NCBI GenBank assembly: GCA_020722725.1
Contig: DYKG01000002.1
Span: 111,436 to 175,435, forward strand
Length of the DNA: 64,000 nt
Source of the DNA: Candidatus Methylomirabilis sp.
Lineage (GTDB): Bacteria > Muiribacteriota > Ozemobacteria > Ozemobacterales > Ozemobacteraceae
Direction: 5' to 3'
Shown: positions 39,257 through 49,007 of the stretch, piece after piece
How positions within the stretch are numbered: the first letter of the stretch is position 1
Layout of the letters: every line of letters starts with the position of its first letter
The notes under the pieces: generated by a model
The model's input: the letters and a program-made list of their open reading frames with translations, nothing else
Told to the model about the DNA's origin: nothing
The model's database searches: none
Made by a program: the position numbers and the translations under genes

Positions 39257-39826
39257 ATGATTAATCGCAAACAAGGCTTTACCTTGATGGAGATAATGGT
39301 AGTTATTATCGTTATCGCCGTTCTGGCTTCGGTGGCAGGCCCAATGATTGGCTCTATTACAGACCAGGGTCGCACGTCTGCGACCAAGTCAAAAATGAGT
39401 TCTTTGAAAAGCGCAATGCTGGCTTACAAATCGGATGTTGGGCGCATCCCATTTTCTGGCTTGGCAGAATGCGTTGGTTGTGCGGCTGCTTACAACGATG
39501 CATGGAACAATTATCTTGCCGATAATGAGGCAAATAATGTTCTAGTTAACGAAGATGTTGGCTGTACAACTGAGTTTTGTATTACTAACTATGGCCGCAA
39601 ATGGAAGGGGCCTTATATGGACTCTTCGCCCGAAGACTTTATGATGGATTCCTGGGGAGTCAAAATCGAATATTTTGCTCATATTAACACGAAGTCCGTC
39701 TATCTGAGATCCGCTGGGCCAGACATGGCCTATGAAGCAACAGATATTGACTCTGTTGTTAAAGGCAATGATGAAGGAATCGATGACTTTGCCCAGTCAA
39801 TAATTAAATTGAGAAAATTAAACTAA
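39257..39826 (+). CDS. GspG-like major pseudopilin / type IV pilin
   Basis: RKQG|FTLMEIMVV prepilin motif; GspG-type WKGPY...DSWG...Y...LRSAGPD C-terminus; four cysteines. Confidence 0.88.
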   Translation: MINRKQGFTLMEIMVVIIVIAVLASVAGPMIGSITDQGRTSATKSKMSSLKSAMLAYKSDVGRIPFSGLAECVGCAAAYNDAWNNYLADNEANNVLVNEDVGCTTEFCITNYGRKWKGPYMDSSPEDFMMDSWGVKIEYFAHINTKSVYLRSAGPDMAYEATDIDSVVKGNDEGIDDFAQSIIKLRKLN

Positions 39827-39863
39827 GCTTTTAAGTATTTAACAACATTTGCCATAATCAAAG

Positions 39864-39913
39864 TTGCCCTCCCAGAAGCAGATGCTTATAATGAAAGCAT
39901 CTGCTTTTATTTT
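39864..39913 (+). promoter_or_regulatory. Perfect 12-bp inverted repeat (terminator or operator) overlapping a sigma-70 promoter
   Basis: AAGCAGATGCTT-ATAATGA-AAGCATCTGCTT followed by TTATTTT; TTGCCC(39864)-17 bp-TATAAT(39887). Confidence 0.6.
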
Positions 39914-39924
39914 AAGGGAATTTA

Positions 39925-41787
39925 ATGCCTGATCAGCAAGCCTTTCAAAGTTTTGTTGCCATAGATATTGGCAGCTTCTCAATGAAATTCGCCTATGTAG
40001 AAAAAGGTGAAGATGGCGAATTTCTGCTCAAAACCCTTGCCCAAATGCCAATACCGCCTTATGAGCAGGAAATTCCCGATGAAAAGCGCGAAACGATGAG
40101 CAAAGACGATGTGCGGGAGCACTGCCTGAAGGAGTTGCGACAGTTTCTGACCACACATCTCACCGAGCTTTTGTATGATAACGAGATTCAGACCAAAAGG
40201 GCGATTTCATTTGCTTCTAACCGCGAGGTAACCATAAGATGCATTGAAATTCCTCCAGTTCCGGAAAAAGAAAAGTTATTGGAAGCGGTTACGGCTGAGG
40301 CGAACAAGCAGATGCCATTTTCAATGGGCAATGCGGTACTGGGTTATCACGTTCAGGGCGATGTAATAAAAGAAGAGAAAGCCCTGACTCAGATAATGGT
40401 AGCAGCTTTACAAAAAGATATAATCGATTATGTCAACCTTAATTTGAGGGGCGGCGGCCTGTCAAATGAAGGAATTCTGACTCTTCCCCAGGCAATAGAG
40501 TTGGCTCTGAAGAAGCAGCTTGAGCCATATTCGCAAAACGACAAGAAAGTGGCCATCATTCACTGCGGAAATTCTACGACTTCAATTCTTATTTACAAGA
40601 ACGGCAAGATTCAATTTTCTCGCGATATCAACATGGCCGGGGCAACAATCACAGCCGCAATCTATGCCGGTGGCGAATTTGAAGGGCAACAGATCAAATT
40701 CAAACACCCTGGCGAAGCAACCGAATTAAAGCATAAACTTGGAGTAATGCCGCCCGAGGAAATGAAAGATTTGAAGGGTGTAGAGAAATTCGCTGCTACC
40801 AAAATATTTGAAACGGTTGAAAAGATTTTTCAGCATATTCAGCTATCAATCAGCTTTTATATTTCACAAACCGGTGAAACTGCAGTAGATAAGATAATTT
40901 TAACCGGTGGTTCAGCAGGCATGACGAATTTCAAGGAATTCATCGAAGAAAGTCTTGAAGTTCCGACAGTTCTGGCGGATCCATTTGGTTCAATGAAAAT
41001 CGGAGAAATAAAATACGATAATGAGAAACGTTTGATTGATTCCCCGAGCCTTGCCCCGATTCTGGGAGTTGCAATGTATCAGGGAGAGCCGGATATAATC
41101 AACTTTATCGATATCCTTTTCCCAAACCGCAAAAGCCAGAATTTGAATCTTTCAGGCGTAGGCTCAAAATTCGGCGGGAATATTTCCGCGAAATTATTCC
41201 AGCTTGATGAGACAAAACTTAGAATCCTGGCGATTCTGCTCGCCATTCTGATTATTGCTATCGGTTTAATTCCGGTAGTCAACATCAGAAACAAGGTTGC
41301 CGAAGCAAAAGCAAATGATTTAAAAATGAGAAAGAAGCTCCAGCAGCTGCAGTCATCGCAAAAAGAGGTAACTCAATTACTGGCAGAGCAGGAATCAATG
41401 AAAAAATACTCAACAGTCTATTCTGCTTTAAAGGGAAATCTTTGCAACAACTCTTTAATTATAATTGAGATCGCGAGTCTAACGCCGAAGGAAATCTTTC
41501 TTACCGCAGCAGATTTCAATTTCAATCAGTCGCCCGCGTCATTCAAGTTAATGGGTCACGCCGATAATTCCGACAGCATTTTCGAGTATCTAAACATTAT
41601 CGGAAAATCCAGCGTTTTTTCCAATCCAATTCTTGATAAAACTCAAGAAGTGCCTATTGACGAGACCAGGTATTTCCTGCGGTTCGAGTTGAGCGGCAAG
41701 ATAAAAGACAGCGCAATAAAATTCATCGATAAGTCTGCCGAAGCCGACAACAATGTAATGCAGGAAGAAATTACTGAGGAGCCATAA
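39925..41787 (+). CDS. pilM: PilM-PilN fusion alignment protein
   Basis: Actin-like IDIGSFSMK, FSRDINMAG and IILTGGSA motifs; then INFI linker, TM, coiled coil and a PilN-type periplasmic domain (P.EIFLT..L.G.A). Confidence 0.85.
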   Translation: MPDQQAFQSFVAIDIGSFSMKFAYVEKGEDGEFLLKTLAQMPIPPYEQEIPDEKRETMSKDDVREHCLKELRQFLTTHLTELLYDNEIQTKRAISFASNREVTIRCIEIPPVPEKEKLLEAVTAEANKQMPFSMGNAVLGYHVQGDVIKEEKALTQIMVAALQKDIIDYVNLNLRGGGLSNEGILTLPQAIELALKKQLEPYSQNDKKVAIIHCGNSTTSILIYKNGKIQFSRDINMAGATITAAIYAGGEFEGQQIKFKHPGEATELKHKLGVMPPEEMKDLKGVEKFAATKIFETVEKIFQHIQLSISFYISQTGETAVDKIILTGGSAGMTNFKEFIEESLEVPTVLADPFGSMKIGEIKYDNEKRLIDSPSLAPILGVAMYQGEPDIINFIDILFPNRKSQNLNLSGVGSKFGGNISAKLFQLDETKLRILAILLAILIIAIGLIPVVNIRNKVAEAKANDLKMRKKLQQLQSSQKEVTQLLAEQESMKKYSTVYSALKGNLCNNSLIIIEIASLTPKEIFLTAADFNFNQSPASFKLMGHADNSDSIFEYLNIIGKSSVFSNPILDKTQEVPIDETRYFLRFELSGKIKDSAIKFIDKSAEADNNVMQEEITEEP

Positions 41788-42410
41788 TGGCAGACGAAGC
41801 TTTACTAACTAACTGGCTGGCAAAAGCCAAAGAAGATCCGAAAAACGCGGCGCCGCCTGTTGTTATAATTCTGGCGCTTTTTTTCGGTGGTTATAAAGCG
41901 TTGTATGCGCCGAACACTGCAATTCTGCTAAAACAAGATAAGGCTACCAAAGGGATCGAAGCGCAAATTAAAAAGCTTGAAAGTGCTGTTGAAAATCTTG
42001 AAGATATCAAGCTGGAAATTGAAGAAAAAAAAGCTCAATGGAAAAAGACCCAGCAGCTTTGCTACCGGAAATCTGAGATTACCAGGTTTTTACGTCGGGT
42101 AAGAGAGCTTGCCACCCTGGCGGGAATTCCGGTTAAGAGTGTTAATCCTCAGCAGATTTCCCCACTTCCGCTTGGTGAACTGGCTTTCGAGAAGCTTCCT
42201 GTTTCCATTTATTTCACCGGCGATCTGGTAACCTTGGGCATTTTTTTAAGATTAATTGAGAAAGAAGAAAAGATTACCTTTCTTAATCTACCAAGTCTGG
42301 TTCCCAATGCCAGCGGCACTTTTGAACTCGAACTGGTTCCGACAACGATACTAATTCCTGATGAGCTGGTAATTGAGGATAAGCCTGCTGAAACGGATGA
42401 AAAGCCATGA
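41787..42410 (+). CDS. pilO: PilO family protein
   Basis: TM, coiled coil, EITRFL.....LA...GI.V.SVNP and LPVSI.F.G....LG.FL; position after pilMN. Confidence 0.8.
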   Translation: MADEALLTNWLAKAKEDPKNAAPPVVIILALFFGGYKALYAPNTAILLKQDKATKGIEAQIKKLESAVENLEDIKLEIEEKKAQWKKTQQLCYRKSEITRFLRRVRELATLAGIPVKSVNPQQISPLPLGELAFEKLPVSIYFTGDLVTLGIFLRLIEKEEKITFLNLPSLVPNASGTFELELVPTTILIPDELVIEDKPAETDEKP

Positions 42411-43150
42411 AGGGAAAACATATTTTCTGCTTCAGTCTGATCATTCTTTCAGTCGTGATGGGGCTGCACTGGTTCAAAAACAAGCCCAAACCAAAGAAAA
42501 AAGTTTCTGATCGCCCACGAGTGGCCTTGAACCTTGATGATATGCAGATTCAAGATGATGATCCCAACGGGAAAAAGCCGGCACAGAACCCGGAGAACCC
42601 GGATGAAACAAAAGAAGATCCTGAAAACGGCACCCCCAAAGATCCCAAGAACCCTGATGCAACTTCGAACGAAGGCCCGGAAAATCCACCAGATCCGCCA
42701 GAAGTTGCAAATGCTTCAGATACTCAACCGGTTTCTGAGACAGCATCTGGAACCGGTGATCTTCGGCCGGAGCTTAATGACCCGGTAATTATGGCGGTTA
42801 AAGCCATTCCGAGAAACCCCTTCGAGCCTTCGCCCTATGCCAGGCTGGTTGAAAAATTGCGTGAGCTCGAAGAAAAGCCAGACAAAGAAGAAGTTAAAAA
42901 GATCACAGAATTAATCAAAGCCAATTTCACCGCAACCATTAAAACCCGAAAAGAGCTGGTTGCCGTTATAGATTCTCGACTTTATCGAAAGGGCGACCTT
43001 TTTCAGAATCGGAAGATAACTGAAATTGGAGCTGAACTGGTTTCACTCGATACGGAATCCAAGCTTTTCCTGATTCCAAAAGTCGGGGTAGAAGTTTCAA
43101 TCGCCTCTGACGGAACCTACACTTTCGAGGATTCATATAGAAAAAACTGA
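42407..43150 (+). CDS. PilP/GspC-like protein
   Basis: TM, Pro/Asp/Glu-rich linker, RNPFEP motif and AVID..LY..GD..KI.EI small beta domain; position in the operon. Confidence 0.6.
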   Translation: MKGKHIFCFSLIILSVVMGLHWFKNKPKPKKKVSDRPRVALNLDDMQIQDDDPNGKKPAQNPENPDETKEDPENGTPKDPKNPDATSNEGPENPPDPPEVANASDTQPVSETASGTGDLRPELNDPVIMAVKAIPRNPFEPSPYARLVEKLRELEEKPDKEEVKKITELIKANFTATIKTRKELVAVIDSRLYRKGDLFQNRKITEIGAELVSLDTESKLFLIPKVGVEVSIASDGTYTFEDSYRKN

Positions 43151-43186
43151 TCAGCCATCATTTTTAGTCTTTTTTTTTCCGATAGC

Positions 43187-43678
43187 TTGAATATGCAACG
43201 CTATCAAAAATTCATTTTTTTTCTATTCTGCCTGCCAGCCATTGTGCTGCTCAACGGCTGCATCGACAAAACGATCAGACCTGAAGCCGCCATCGAGATT
43301 TCAACTGTAACCCCCTATGAGCTGACTACAACTGCAACTGATACGGCAAGCCTTCCGACAACGGCCATTACGGTAAATTCAATCAACACCGTTCCCTGTA
43401 ATTTAAAAAGTTATTCGGTGACCTATTTCAGCAGATTCGGTGAGATTATTCCGAGTTTAAGCATTCCTTCCACACCAATCGATTTGAAGCTTGCTGCAGC
43501 AGGAACAATCGACGTTACGGTCAGGCCCTACACCAGCCGGGTGGTGGATATGTTTGAGCTTTCAAATTCAGACATTTCGCCGATTCAGGCAAAAATAAAT
43601 CTGGTTTTTGAAGATTATAACAGCAACATTATTAACAAAGAGGCTCATTGTCTGATTTATAAGCCCAACAACACCTGA
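43187..43678 (+). CDS. Lipoprotein upstream of the secretin (pilotin candidate)
   Basis: Lipobox LLNGC; beta-rich; the start may be ATG 43193. Confidence 0.65.
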   Translation: MNMQRYQKFIFFLFCLPAIVLLNGCIDKTIRPEAAIEISTVTPYELTTTATDTASLPTTAITVNSINTVPCNLKSYSVTYFSRFGEIIPSLSIPSTPIDLKLAAAGTIDVTVRPYTSRVVDMFELSNSDISPIQAKINLVFEDYNSNIINKEAHCLIYKPNNT

Positions 43679-43728
43679 TGGTTAATAATTTTTGATGTCG
43701 AGCCGATACGGGGGCAAAGATTAATCTG

Positions 43729-45681
43729 ATGGAGCAAACCTATCTAATGTTGCACAATCCGGAAACACTACAAAAATGCTGTTTGGCAGCTGTTTTGCTC
43801 TTCAGCATGAATACCATTCCGGTCAATGCGCAGTCGAGAAGTGCCATCAGGGGTGCAATAAGCCATCCTGCAAAGGTTAGTCCGAGCACTTCATTTTATC
43901 CGGTTGTGAGAAATAATCATCCTGCGCCAATGGCTGCCGCTGCCCGTCCGGGCTGGACAGAAATGGGAAATGGTGCAAGAATAAGATTTTCAGAAAAAAA
44001 CTTTGCAAAAGAAAGCGGTCTTTCACCTGATGTTCTTGAAACCTTAAAAAGCCTGCAGGTTCAGGCGCCCAAGCCAGCCTACCAACTGGCGCCAGCCACG
44101 ACTTCGATAACCGGAGCAGTTTCCCAATCGCTTCAGGGCCCTGATGATGACGCACCGCCAGAACAGAGAGAAATCGGGGTTCTTGAATCAAAAATCACTT
44201 TTCCGCCGGAAAAGAATATTCGTATTCAGGATCTGGATTTCAGAAACACTACGGTTCAGGATGCCCTGAGATCGCTTGCTCAGTTGATTGAAGTAAACCT
44301 GATGCTTTCGCCGGCAATTTCGGGTAACGTTACGATTCTTTTCAGTGACGTTACCCTGGAAGAAGCCTTCAATACTCTGCTCACCAGCTACGATTTATCG
44401 TTTGCCTGGGAAGGTACAATTTTAAGAATTTTTCCAAAGGCTCAAGCACCGCTGATTACCAAGATTTTTCCAATACAGCATACCAATGCGACCGAAATAA
44501 AAACGATTGTAGATCGCATGCTGACGCCTCAACGGGGCACTTCTGAAATAGATGCACGCACCAACTCGCTGATGGTTACCGACACGGCAACCAAGCTGGC
44601 AGAAGTGAAAAGTTTGCTGCCTCAGCTCGACGTTCAGGAATCTACCGTTGACATCAGCTCTCGTCCGCTTACCGAGGTTTTCTACCTGAACTATGCAGAT
44701 GCCACCAGTCTTAGAACCCCGATTACCATGCTTTCAACCGGGGTTCAAATTCAGGAATTTTCATCAAGTTCAGCATCGCAGGCCGGGGCCGCCGGTGGCG
44801 GGGCAACGGCAGGTCGAATGGATATGATGATCATAACTGATACGCAGAATAATTTGCAGCGAATAAGAGAATTGATCGAGAAGCTTGATATTCCGCCAAT
44901 CCAGGTTACAATCGATGCTCATATTTATGAAATCGACAAGAATGAAGAAGAAAGACTGGGCATCAACTGGCAGAAGGCGATTCCAGTTCCTGGCACAACC
45001 AACAATCTTTTTGAAATGACTATCGCTCCTGAAGATGCCAACGCCGGGGGAACCGGGGTTTTCAGATTCGGCAGCCTCGATATAAATCAGTTCACCGCTC
45101 TGCTTGCAATGTTGAAAACCCACAGTTTCGCCAAGGTCTTGAGTAATCCGGTAATCACGACGTTGAACAACCGACAGGCCAACATTACGGTAGGTCAGTC
45201 GATTCCTTATGTTTCGGCCTCTCAGGTTAATGCTCAAACGGGGCAGGTTACCAATACGATTGCTCAGGCAAACGCCAACATTGCATTGGTGGTTACCCCT
45301 TCGGTTACCGGGAATGATGAAGTTTTTCTCGACATTCAGCCAACGATTTCCAGCGTTCTTGGCTTCACTGAGCTGGGAGGCAACTCTACGCCTAACCTCA
45401 GCACCCGCAGTGCGGTAACTCAAGTAATCTGCAAAAACAATCATACCATCGTAATCGGCGGTATGATCAAGACAGACAAAAGCAATACGATAAGCAAGGT
45501 TCCTTTTCTAGGTGATTTGCCCGGCATCGGAAAATTCTTTCAGAAAAAGACCCAGCGTGAAGTTAGAACTGAGCTGATTATTTTTATTACACCCCACATC
45601 GTTAACAAATATGCAAATCGCGACCGGGTTGCCGACCAGAATGTCGAATTTGGCATGCCCAGACTAACTTTACAGCCCTGA
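43729..45681 (+). CDS. pilQ: Secretin (PilQ/GspD family)
   Basis: LDFRNTTVQDALR N0 domain, DARTNSLMVTD N3 domain, QV.IDA.I.E, LGINW, VLSNP..TLNN..A.I.VG and KVPFLGDLPGIG.FF...TELIIFITP motifs. Confidence 0.93.
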   Translation: MEQTYLMLHNPETLQKCCLAAVLLFSMNTIPVNAQSRSAIRGAISHPAKVSPSTSFYPVVRNNHPAPMAAAARPGWTEMGNGARIRFSEKNFAKESGLSPDVLETLKSLQVQAPKPAYQLAPATTSITGAVSQSLQGPDDDAPPEQREIGVLESKITFPPEKNIRIQDLDFRNTTVQDALRSLAQLIEVNLMLSPAISGNVTILFSDVTLEEAFNTLLTSYDLSFAWEGTILRIFPKAQAPLITKIFPIQHTNATEIKTIVDRMLTPQRGTSEIDARTNSLMVTDTATKLAEVKSLLPQLDVQESTVDISSRPLTEVFYLNYADATSLRTPITMLSTGVQIQEFSSSSASQAGAAGGGATAGRMDMMIITDTQNNLQRIRELIEKLDIPPIQVTIDAHIYEIDKNEEERLGINWQKAIPVPGTTNNLFEMTIAPEDANAGGTGVFRFGSLDINQFTALLAMLKTHSFAKVLSNPVITTLNNRQANITVGQSIPYVSASQVNAQTGQVTNTIAQANANIALVVTPSVTGNDEVFLDIQPTISSVLGFTELGGNSTPNLSTRSAVTQVICKNNHTIVIGGMIKTDKSNTISKVPFLGDLPGIGKFFQKKTQREVRTELIIFITPHIVNKYANRDRVADQNVEFGMPRLTLQP

Positions 45682-45762
45682 AAATAAAGTCTTAATCGGG
45701 GTTGCAGTGAAGCGCTGCAAAGTTTACAATAGCCACATTCCAATTATTTTTGAGCGAAAAAA

Positions 45763-48192
45763 GTGGCTGATTTACAGCAGGAAAAAGAACTGATCGAACA
45801 ACTGGCTTCTCCCAAGAGAAGTCTGGTTATTCAGGCAATTGTTAAGTTGAGCCGGGCAGGAAAAAGCAAAGCGGCCCTTGAAGCTTTGCTTCCGTTTCTC
45901 AACTCAAAAGACCGGGAGATCTCTTTTTTTTCTTTTCAATCAGCAGGCAAAATAGCAGAAAAGGCCGGAATTAATTTTTCTGACTTTGTGAAGGAACAAA
46001 GCCTCGCACAGCCAGGTGAAAGTCAACTCAGCAGACAGGAATTGCTTAACCCGGGGAAAGACAAAATTCCGGTAATTCTGGCGCAAATCAGAAATGATCC
46101 CGACAAATTGCCACGCGAAGTTTTACCGGCAGTGGCTATTTTTCTGAGCAGACATGGAGACATCTCTGATGGCCCCTTTCTTGAGAAATTCCTGCTCCAG
46201 GAGGATTCAACCCTGGCTTTGCCATTCATTGAAGCGGCAGAAAGAATAGCACCCACTGTTCTAACCCGCTCACTACCACACCTTCTTGCCAGTCGCGAAC
46301 CGTTGCTGCGAAGCAGATCAATCAGTGCCTTGAGAAGAATCGACCCGGAAGAAGCTGAGCGCCATTTTTCCGACCTGCTCGCGTCACGAAATCCAGAAGA
46401 CAGGCTGGCAGGCATTGCCATTGCATTTCTTTTTCCTTTCGAGAGGGTAAAAGGCTACATTCTGTCGTTATTACCCGAAGAAAAAGATGGCGATGTTCTA
46501 AAAGCCTGCCAGACTTTTTTGGCGTCAAACCCGGAATTAGACAGTGCATTAGGCCTTCTTGACAGCATCGATGCGGTTTCCCCGGAACAGAAATCCAGAC
46601 TGACTGTAATTTTTAAAACTGTTTGCCAGGCTATGGTAACCACAGGAATTTTATCAGCAGCAGAAGCCGCTCCCGAAGAAATTATCAAAGTCTGGAAAAA
46701 ACAGCGGCTTGAAAGCTTTCTAAATGACCTTGAAATTCAGCTTTCGTTTTCCGATGACGCAAGAAAAGCTCAAATAGTTGACTGGATAGAAAAGAACCGA
46801 ACCCACCCCAGGGTAAAACTACTGATAGAAAGGCTTGGGCGCAATCCGCAGACCGAAAAAATCTTTTATCAACTGACCCGCCCAGGCAAGACTGAAGCCG
46901 AACCAACCGCCGTGAAATCGAACAAACCGGCGCAAAAGCAGTCTGCTGAATCCAGAGTTTCAGATACTAAGGCAGCCGAAACCACCATATCTGATGATGA
47001 GAAGATAAAGAAACTGAGATCGCTTGAAATAGATGATTTCAGCCAGAATCGCGCATGGTTGATGACTGAAGCAGCAGAGGGACTGCCAGCGATAAAGAAG
47101 GAAGCTCTTTCAGCTCTTTTGCGACTACACCCAGACAACAAGCTGAAGGAGCTTGCTAAAAATGCCTGCAAAGAAGCTGACGAAGGGGTAAAAATTGCGG
47201 CTTTTCAAGTTCTGGAAAGAATTGATCAGGAGTTTCTCAAAGAGAATATCGGAGACTTTCTTCAGGAAGACGCAGCAAACATAAGAGTTCGTGCGGTTCG
47301 GTTCGCGCTGAAATTCAAAGAAAACGAAGCAATAGTAATTTTAAAAAATCTTTTAAATAATCCTGATCCGAAATTTCGCGCCAATGCGGTTGCCTGTCTT
47401 GGACTATGCCCGTTCAACCTTGTTTTTCGAATTTTGATGACACAACTGGATAAAGAAGAGCATCCGGTAATTGCCAGACACATTACCAGCATTCTTCTTT
47501 CAAACCCCTCCAGAACCGTTCTTAAGGGTCTTGACAACATTACCAGAACCTCAAATCCTGCTGTTTCAATGGTAATTTCCCAAGCGAGAAACGACCTTTT
47601 CGAAATTGTTTCAAAATTACCCGAGGATAAAGAAGATGCCCTTAAACCGGTTCCTGTTGACGAAGAAAAGCCCTATTCGGTCGAAAATGTCAGGAAAATT
47701 GCCCGGGATCGGCAGAAAACCTGGAAACCAGGCTACAAGCCAGACGGGCAGGCCAAAACCGAGGGTTCTTTCCGGGAAAACATCAATTGGTCAATGGCAA
47801 TCAGCGGGGGTGTAGTAATCGTATTTCTTGCCATGCTTCCAATAATGCTTTTGAGCGACCGTTCAGACATAGATACGGGCAAACCACTTCAAGGTAAAGA
47901 CTGGCGCGAAAGTGAAAGAAAAAAAATGACAGCTTCCAGCATACCATCAAAATTTAGAATGAACCGGCCCTGTTCAATTTCGGTCAAGATAGAAAAAATC
48001 ACCTCTGACACAAGCATGCTGGTGAATCACGAAGACCGCCAGATCATGCTGCGCTTTGAAACTCCAGAGGCAAAGAATCTGGCACTTGGAACTGAATTAG
48101 TAGTTACCATGGTTCCATACCGGGTTAATCCGCGCGGTATCATTCAGGCCAGAGGTCTGAATATGGCTATATCGAAAGGTCAAGAACAATGA
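45763..48192 (+). CDS. HEAT/ARM-repeat protein with C-terminal TM and small extracytoplasmic domain
   Basis: Repeated LL...EP.LR..AI.AL helices; one TM (ISGGVVIVFLAMLPIMLL). Confidence 0.75.
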   Translation: MADLQQEKELIEQLASPKRSLVIQAIVKLSRAGKSKAALEALLPFLNSKDREISFFSFQSAGKIAEKAGINFSDFVKEQSLAQPGESQLSRQELLNPGKDKIPVILAQIRNDPDKLPREVLPAVAIFLSRHGDISDGPFLEKFLLQEDSTLALPFIEAAERIAPTVLTRSLPHLLASREPLLRSRSISALRRIDPEEAERHFSDLLASRNPEDRLAGIAIAFLFPFERVKGYILSLLPEEKDGDVLKACQTFLASNPELDSALGLLDSIDAVSPEQKSRLTVIFKTVCQAMVTTGILSAAEAAPEEIIKVWKKQRLESFLNDLEIQLSFSDDARKAQIVDWIEKNRTHPRVKLLIERLGRNPQTEKIFYQLTRPGKTEAEPTAVKSNKPAQKQSAESRVSDTKAAETTISDDEKIKKLRSLEIDDFSQNRAWLMTEAAEGLPAIKKEALSALLRLHPDNKLKELAKNACKEADEGVKIAAFQVLERIDQEFLKENIGDFLQEDAANIRVRAVRFALKFKENEAIVILKNLLNNPDPKFRANAVACLGLCPFNLVFRILMTQLDKEEHPVIARHITSILLSNPSRTVLKGLDNITRTSNPAVSMVISQARNDLFEIVSKLPEDKEDALKPVPVDEEKPYSVENVRKIARDRQKTWKPGYKPDGQAKTEGSFRENINWSMAISGGVVIVFLAMLPIMLLSDRSDIDTGKPLQGKDWRESERKKMTASSIPSKFRMNRPCSISVKIEKITSDTSMLVNHEDRQIMLRFETPEAKNLALGTELVVTMVPYRVNPRGIIQARGLNMAISKGQEQ

Positions 48193-49007
48193 ACTGGTTA
48201 GACAGGCTTGAAAGAAAATTTCCACAATTGGCTCTCGAGGGACTGATACGTTACATTTCGTTTTTGATGATGATGGTATTCTTTCTTGACCAGTCACGCC
48301 TGCTGCCCTATGAAATGCTCTATCTCGACAGTCATCTTATCATGCAGGGTCAGGTTTGGCGGCTTTTCACTTTTCTGCTCATTCCCAAAAGTACCAGCCT
48401 GTTTTTTCTGATTTTTGAACTGACGATTCTGGTGATGTGCGCTGACGGCCTTGAATCTGAATGGGGTACATTCAAGCTGACTGTTTATTACCTTTTCGGA
48501 GCTCTGGCCAATATTGCGATTGCTTTTGTGATGCCGCAGGCTCAGTTGGGCAGTTACTTTCTCTATCTTACCTTATTTTTAGGCTTTGCCACCCTGTATC
48601 CTGATTTTGAGCTGCTTTTGTTTTTTATAATTCCGATAAAAATTAAATATCTTGCCCTACTTTCAGCGCTCTGGATAGTTCTGGCGCTGGCACTGAACCC
48701 GTGGCCTGAAAAAATTGCCATTCTGCTTTCTGTCGGCAACTACCTGTTATTTTTTGGCCCGGATTTCTTTAAAACAGCCCAGGGAAATTACCGTGCCAGC
48801 GCCAGAAGGCGCGAGTTTGCCGAAAAGACAAAGCAGCCAGATGGTCCCCGCCATGTATGTTCGATTTGCGGCCGCAACGAGATCGAAAATCCGGAACTGC
48901 AGTTCAGATATTGTACATGCAGTCGTTGTGGCGAGAATGGGGTTGCATTCTGTCTTGAACACCTTAAACAGCACAAAAATGTCGATTCACGTGAAACAAC
49001 GAAATAA
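48189..49007 (+). CDS. Rhomboid-superfamily (Der1-like) membrane protein with C-terminal zinc finger
   Basis: GQVWRLFTF motif; no GxSG catalytic motif; HVCSICG...FRYC.C..C...FCLEHL. Confidence 0.7.
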   Translation: MNWLDRLERKFPQLALEGLIRYISFLMMMVFFLDQSRLLPYEMLYLDSHLIMQGQVWRLFTFLLIPKSTSLFFLIFELTILVMCADGLESEWGTFKLTVYYLFGALANIAIAFVMPQAQLGSYFLYLTLFLGFATLYPDFELLLFFIIPIKIKYLALLSALWIVLALALNPWPEKIAILLSVGNYLLFFGPDFFKTAQGNYRASARRREFAEKTKQPDGPRHVCSICGRNEIENPELQFRYCTCSRCGENGVAFCLEHLKQHKNVDSRETTK

